From assembly GCF_022770205.1 (NCBI RefSeq), contig NZ_JALEIK010000038.1:101816-165815 (forward strand): a DNA stretch of 64,000 nt, given 5' to 3'. The DNA is from Helicobacter sp. GTDB taxonomy: Bacteria; Campylobacterota; Campylobacteria; Campylobacterales; Helicobacteraceae. Under the pieces are notes generated by a model. The model searched no databases. It was not told the DNA's origin and saw only the letters and a program-made list of their open reading frames with translations. Both the position numbers and the translations under genes were made by a program. The stretch's first letter is position 1, and every line of letters starts with the position of its first letter. Of the stretch, positions 59,256-64,000 are shown one piece after another.

Positions 59256-59780
59256 TCAATGTTTCAAAAAATGCGTTTTAGAGAGTGTTTGAATGTGTTT
59301 GAAAATTTTGTTAAAATCTACGCCATATGCACGCGTATCGCCGATGGTTGTAAAAAAGTTTGTATCGCCAATGTAGCGAGGGACAAGATGTAAATGTAGA
59401 TGTTCTGGGATTCCAGCACCGCCGGCTCTTGCAATATTCATTCCTAGATTAATACCACTTGCGCCAAATTCCTTTAAGAGTGCCACCCCTTTTTGTGCAA
59501 ATGTCTGTAAATGTAGCCAAGTGTCTAAATCAAGCAATTCTGGGGAGTGCGTGTGTGTATGGGGAAGGATTAAAAAATGTCCGGGAGTGTAGGGAAATTT
59601 ATTCATCACACAAAAAATCTTAGAATCTCTGTAAAACACGCAATTCGCTTCATCGCTTAAAGAAAGGTCTTGCTTAGTGTTTGTGTGTAAATTTAACCCC
59701 TCAGAAATAGCACAAAACACACATAAATCTTGTTTTGAGCCAAAGTATTCACTCCGCCAAGGCGCATATAAATAGTCCAT
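59256..59780 (-). CDS. HIT family nucleotide hydrolase
   Basis: LYAPWR, NKFPYTPGH, HLHLHLVPR. Confidence 0.93.
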   Translation of the reverse strand: MDYLYAPWRSEYFGSKQDLCVFCAISEGLNLHTNTKQDLSLSDEANCVFYRDSKIFCVMNKFPYTPGHFLILPHTHTHSPELLDLDTWLHLQTFAQKGVALLKEFGASGINLGMNIARAGGAGIPEHLHLHLVPRYIGDTNFFTTIGDTRAYGVDFNKIFKHIQTLSKTHFLKH

Positions 59781-59790
59781 ATTTTACCTT

Positions 59791-61248
59791 CTAAATGTAG
59801 CTTGGTGCATCGTTTGCAAATAGAATCAAATCGCCACTATTTGTTGTGGATTTTAGTATATGTTCAATATTTGTCTTATCTTTTAGTAAAATTTTTTGCG
59901 CATTGTGAATATTTATGCGCAGGATGTTCGCGTTAAGTTCACCTGTTATGATAGCGAGATTAAAGACTTTGTCAATCGCTCTTGCAAGCTTTATATTTGC
60001 TTCTTTAGAGCTTTCTATGAGTCCGGGAGTTACGATGATTTTCTTGCCATTATGCAAAGAGGCAAGGCGGATAGCTTCTAGCATTCCATCTAAGTTACCA
60101 TTGTAGCTATCATCTAGGATAATTTTGCCATTAACAATAATTTTGCTTAGGCGGTGGTTTATGGGTTCTAGTTTTTGAGCCTGTTTAATTAATCGTGCGT
60201 TACTGATTCCAAGATCACTTCCAACAGCAATAGCAGCACTTATATTAATCACATTAAAAGCTCCTAAAATGCGTGTTTGGAAATTTAGCTTTTCACCTTT
60301 GATTGTAAGAGAGAAGTTTGTTCCTTTAAGTGTGGCTTCTATATCGCTTGGATTTTGTGGGAAGTTGATGATTTTTGCTAAAGGGGGAGGGTTTGTTGGT
60401 TGGATATTGTCTTTGTAAATATAAGCAGTCTTTAGGCGTTTGCTTTCTAAAATCTCATATTTCGTGCGGTAAATGTTTTCAATATTTTTAAAATATTCAA
60501 TGTGTGCCTCGCCAATTTTACCAATAATAACAATTTGTGGAGCAATCAATTCCACAATCTCTTTAATATCACCACTCCCCCTAGCTCCAGCTTCTACAAT
60601 GTAAATGTCTGTCAAAGGGGAGAGATTTTGGTTAATGTCTGCAATGATTCCTGTTAAGGTATTGACACTGCGCGGAGTTGCATAGACTTTGAAGCCTTCT
60701 TGTAAGATTTGGTTTAGGTAGTTTTTAAGACTTGTTTTGCCATAGCTACCTGTAACTGCGATAATTATGAGATTTGGAATGTTTTGTAATTTGTCTTTAG
60801 CGAGTTTTTTGTAGCGATTTAATAGAATTTTTTCTGTCAGAGAGGAGATGAAAATTGAGATAAATAATGGTAGGACATAAATGCACTGAATGATTGGTGA
60901 ATGCCCATCTATGCCTAGAAGTAAAAGTTCATTAAAAATAATATAGAATCCAAAAAAGCGTAGCACTCTACCTGTTAGAATTAATTTTTTACTGAGATTA
61001 AAAATCCAAATTCCAAGCATTAAGAGATAAAGATATAGTCCTACATAAAAATAAATATTATCAGGGATAAAAATGAAATATAAAATTGGCAAGGTAAAAT
61101 AAAAGAGATGCCAGCGTTGTTTATGGTGTTTGAAAAGAACGCGCGTGATTTTATAGTGATACCATTGGAGATTTACCATAGCATAATACCCAAGAGCTAC
61201 AAGAAAAATCCAACGCGTTGCCATTATAAAAATATCAATGTCTTGCAA
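59791..61248 (-). CDS. murF: Mur ligase, MurF type (epsilonproteobacterial form with N-terminal TM region)
   Basis: TGSYGKTS, TPRSVNT, IVEAGA, DDSYNGN, NDAPSY; TTG start. Confidence 0.85.
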   Translation of the reverse strand: MQDIDIFIMATRWIFLVALGYYAMVNLQWYHYKITRVLFKHHKQRWHLFYFTLPILYFIFIPDNIYFYVGLYLYLLMLGIWIFNLSKKLILTGRVLRFFGFYIIFNELLLLGIDGHSPIIQCIYVLPLFISIFISSLTEKILLNRYKKLAKDKLQNIPNLIIIAVTGSYGKTSLKNYLNQILQEGFKVYATPRSVNTLTGIIADINQNLSPLTDIYIVEAGARGSGDIKEIVELIAPQIVIIGKIGEAHIEYFKNIENIYRTKYEILESKRLKTAYIYKDNIQPTNPPPLAKIINFPQNPSDIEATLKGTNFSLTIKGEKLNFQTRILGAFNVINISAAIAVGSDLGISNARLIKQAQKLEPINHRLSKIIVNGKIILDDSYNGNLDGMLEAIRLASLHNGKKIIVTPGLIESSKEANIKLARAIDKVFNLAIITGELNANILRINIHNAQKILLKDKTNIEHILKSTTNSGDLILFANDAPSYI

Positions 61249-61373
61249 AATAGGAATCCTTAAAGAGAAAAATCGCAGAATTTTAACAAAAAATTTATTA
61301 AGTTTTTATTGTTTATAAATGTAACATATTAGATTTATAGAAAGGATTCTAATTACTAGTGGGGGCGATAGCT

Positions 61374-61487
61374 ATGGGAGATGCGCGCAAATGCTTGGCG
61401 AATGGAGGAAAGTGTAAATGCAATAAGTTAAAAGGTGGGTTTGAAGCCATAGAGCAATTTTTAGCAATGGTAAAGACACTAGGCTGA
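61374..61487 (+). CDS. Putative 37-aa Cys-containing small ORF
   Basis: MGDARKCLANGGKCKCNKLKGGFEAIEQFLAMVKTLG; in-frame GTG at 61359; no homology evidence. Confidence 0.3.
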   Translation: MGDARKCLANGGKCKCNKLKGGFEAIEQFLAMVKTLG

Positions 61488-61502
61488 AAAATTTAGCCTA
61501 GT
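61478..61502. terminator. Hairpin at the 3' end of ndh
   Basis: ACTAGGCT-GAAAAATTT-AGCCTAGT. Confidence 0.55.
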
Positions 61503-62593
61503 AATGCCTTAAAACCTTTTAGTTGTAAGATCCATTTAAACTCCACTAACATTTTGATGTAAGCAGCTATTCTGCCTTTAATCTGTGTTTTTCCTATTAA
61601 TCCTATGGCATAGTTATTTCCTAGAGAACATATTGTTGCCCTTGGAAGATAATTAAAGGGAGCAGGGGAGCTAGTATTAAAGTTTTTTGCTAAATAAATG
61701 CCTTGCTGGTTTGCTAGTTGTGCAGTTGGAGGAAAAAACCTTCCTGTGTTTGGATCTTTTAATGCAGCACAATCTCCTAACACAAAAATATTAGCCCTTT
61801 CTTGTTCTATTGGTTTTAAGAAGGCATCCACTTCAATTTTACTTCTTTGGGATTTTAAAAAGCTTGAGTTTTCTATGACTTCATTTCCTTTAACGCCGGC
61901 AGTCCATAAGATTAAATCTGCTGTAATTTTTTCTTGCTGTCCATCTTTTTCTATAATCAAAGTTTTATCTTGGCATTCTAAGATTTTAGAACCAAGATAG
62001 AATGTAACACCTAGCTTTTCTAGGTATGTTTTGGCGTGTAAGGCTAATTCTTTGTCAAACATAGGCAATATCATAGGCATAGCTTCTATACATTTAAGTT
62101 TGATGTTTTTGGCATCTTGTGCTAAATTCCCTAAAAGTTCAATCCCGCTAAATCCGCCACCACATACAACAACTTCGCAACTTTTATGGTTTGTTTTTTC
62201 TGCAATCATCTTATGGATTTCTAGGCAGTTTTTAAAATTTTTCATACTATGAGCATATTCCTTTACACCCGGTATTCCAAAATCATCACTAGTGAATCCT
62301 AATCCCACAATAAGGATATCATAGGAATAGATTCCATTTTTTCCTAAGACTTGTTTTTCTTGAATTTCAACAATGCTATCTTGCACAAAATGCACTGCTT
62401 TTGGCAAAATATCCTGATACTCTATTGTAATGTTTTGTGCCTTGCTAACAACCTCGTGGAGTAAAACGCTGGTATAATGGCTTGTTTCTTCAGAGATTAA
62501 AGTAAAGTTAAACTCTTTAAAATTTTCTTCTTTTAAATTTTTAATAAAGGATAAATTTGCATATCCTCCTCCTAGCAATACAACATTTTTCAT
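61493..62593 (-). CDS. ndh: Type II NADH:quinone oxidoreductase (NDH-2) family flavoprotein
   Basis: LLGGGYA, CGGGFSGIEL, WTAGV, GDCA, PTAQLANQQG (AQxAxQ). Confidence 0.8.
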   Translation of the reverse strand: MKNVVLLGGGYANLSFIKNLKEENFKEFNFTLISEETSHYTSVLLHEVVSKAQNITIEYQDILPKAVHFVQDSIVEIQEKQVLGKNGIYSYDILIVGLGFTSDDFGIPGVKEYAHSMKNFKNCLEIHKMIAEKTNHKSCEVVVCGGGFSGIELLGNLAQDAKNIKLKCIEAMPMILPMFDKELALHAKTYLEKLGVTFYLGSKILECQDKTLIIEKDGQQEKITADLILWTAGVKGNEVIENSSFLKSQRSKIEVDAFLKPIEQERANIFVLGDCAALKDPNTGRFFPPTAQLANQQGIYLAKNFNTSSPAPFNYLPRATICSLGNNYAIGLIGKTQIKGRIAAYIKMLVEFKWILQLKGFKALLG

Positions 62594-62659
62594 TTTTTCT
62601 CCTTTATGTGATCTGGCAAAAATAAATTATTTTTTATAATTTAAATGCTTAAAAAATTT

Positions 62660-63403
62660 TTATTTGCCTTGATACTTTTGGTAGATTTTTTCAATCTCCT
62701 TTGCCTGTTTTAAAAAAAAGAAATGGTCGCCATCTAGTGGAAAAAATTTGGAATCCAAAATGAGTGCGTGGATGCGCTCTCCTGAACTTAGTGGTGTGGC
62801 AAGGTCCTCTCTGCCCCAAAAGATAAAGCAAGGGTTTTGAAAGTTTTTAAAAATGTTTGAAAAGTCTTCATCTACGACATTTTTAAAGGTTTGATACATT
62901 GTTTCATCCATATTTTGCACATCTTTTGAACGCAAAAGGTTTTTAAGGTTTTTGCTTAAGGGTGGTGCGATTTGATTGAGTAATTTTGTAAAAGCAATTT
63001 TTGCGCGCACTTTAAAGCTTTTTTGTGTGGGGATTCCAGCACTGCTTAGTAAAATTAATATTTTGGGATTTAATAGTGTGGCAACCTTTCCTCCAAAACT
63101 ATGTCCTATAATGCTAATTTTTGTGGAATCTAAATGCAAGGATTCTAACATTAATCGCAAAATTTCTGCATAATCGTAAGTCTTTAGCGCAAAAGGCGGA
63201 GTTTTTGAGTTTCCAAAGCCCGGCAAATCAATGTAGTAATGTGTAAAATCTTTAAAAGTGCCTTTAAAGGCTTGCTGCATTAAATGCTTGCTAGCCCCCC
63301 AGCCGTGTAAAATCACAAGCGGTTTTTTGCCTGCTTGTGCATTATTAATGGTGTAAGATAGGTTAAATTCTGCATTGTTATAGGTTAGAATCTTTTGCGC
63401 CAC
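62660..63403 (-). CDS. Alpha/beta hydrolase
   Basis: LHGWG, DLPGFG, GHSFGG nucleophile elbow, WGREDLATP, DHFFF. Confidence 0.92.
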   Translation of the reverse strand: MAQKILTYNNAEFNLSYTINNAQAGKKPLVILHGWGASKHLMQQAFKGTFKDFTHYYIDLPGFGNSKTPPFALKTYDYAEILRLMLESLHLDSTKISIIGHSFGGKVATLLNPKILILLSSAGIPTQKSFKVRAKIAFTKLLNQIAPPLSKNLKNLLRSKDVQNMDETMYQTFKNVVDEDFSNIFKNFQNPCFIFWGREDLATPLSSGERIHALILDSKFFPLDGDHFFFLKQAKEIEKIYQKYQGK

Positions 63404-64000
63404 TATTTGCCTTTTGCAAATTGGATTGTGTGCAATAGTGCATAATCTGCTTTAATGGAATTGGGCTTTGGTAAGGCGTGTAAGAGTGATTCTAGCGCAT
63501 TTCTAAAATCCTTAAAAAGATAGTTTGCAAGACTTCCTGGCACGGGATTGATTTCATTAAGATAGCATTCTCCCTCTTTTACAAAAAAATCACAGCGGAT
63601 AAGTGCGCCTTCAAAAGCGTTAGTGTAAAGCTTTGTGAAACTCTCTTGCAAAGCTTGTTTTAGGGTGTCGCTAATCTCTGCTTCTTTAGCGTTGCTTGTG
63701 CGCGAAAAGTCTAAATATTTTTTCTCAAAATCTAACATTTTATTTTTCTCTGGCTCTTCAATGAAGGAGAATTGGATTCCCTCTTTGCCCTTAAATCCTG
63801 CAAGATTATATTCTTTAATCCCTGCAATAAAAGGTTCAATGATAATCTTTTCATCGTATTCAAATGCGCAATCTAAAGCATATTGTAAATCTGCTTGCGA
63901 CTCTACAATATTAATACCAAGTGAGCTTCCAAGGCGTGCAGGTTTAATGATGACAGGAAAGTTTAAATCATTAGGTGGAGTGTCATTGTAATAAAGCACG
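63403..64000 (-). CDS. ddl: D-alanine--D-alanine ligase, C-terminal part (runs off window)
   Basis: PVIIKPARLGSSLG, IIEPFI, RCDFF, LNEINPVPGSL. Confidence 0.93.
   Translation of the reverse strand, partial: VLYYNDTPPNDLNFPVIIKPARLGSSLGINIVESQADLQYALDCAFEYDEKIIIEPFIAGIKEYNLAGFKGKEGIQFSFIEEPEKNKMLDFEKKYLDFSRTSNAKEAEISDTLKQALQESFTKLYTNAFEGALIRCDFFVKEGECYLNEINPVPGSLANYLFKDFRNALESLLHALPKPNSIKADYALLHTIQFAKGK

Noticed and set aside
62712-62719. A8 run (T8 on the coding strand) in the hydrolase
   Set aside because: In frame, and expected by chance at this AT content
1368-63991. Numerous antisense or overlapping ORFs in the track (e.g. 12134-12604, 25950-26531, 39977-40459, 41180-41749, 44826-45176)
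   Set aside because: Shadow frames of well-supported genes, with no motifs or SD

Overview
This is AT-rich core chromosome of an epsilonproteobacterium. Gene content and order (thrB-infB-rbfA-rimP; ddl-hydrolase-murF-HIT; mreBC-clpX-lpxA-fabZ; a solitary sigma28 flagellin; many poly-G tracts) point to an enterohepatic Helicobacter. Most of the window is housekeeping, plus tmRNA and three tRNAs. The main finding is a tightly coupled 8-gene minus-strand operon at 44434-48824, between ribD and mreC. It encodes a P1B-6-type ATPase (YSCA/HNxxT motifs), a stand-alone HMA2-like protein, a membrane-anchored ferritin-like protein and several small GxxxG membrane proteins, including a 34-aa ORF missing from the ORF track. 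This matches the architecture of ferrosome (fez) iron-storage organelle clusters. The second highlight is a glycan-acylation cassette at 14465-16080 (PseH-like GNAT / formyltransferase / PseH-like GNAT). Its two poly-G tracts appear to control stop/start coupling and an in-frame domain fusion rather than simple ON/OFF. Also present: poly-G-bearing GT2 and FkbM genes, an orphan Fur-boxed p19, a frameshifted SNF transporter, an NDH-2 gene inside the ddl-murF block, and a long hairpin downstream of a tRNA pair. No integrase, transposase, prophage or CRISPR array was seen. All product calls are from motif recognition; no database searches were run.
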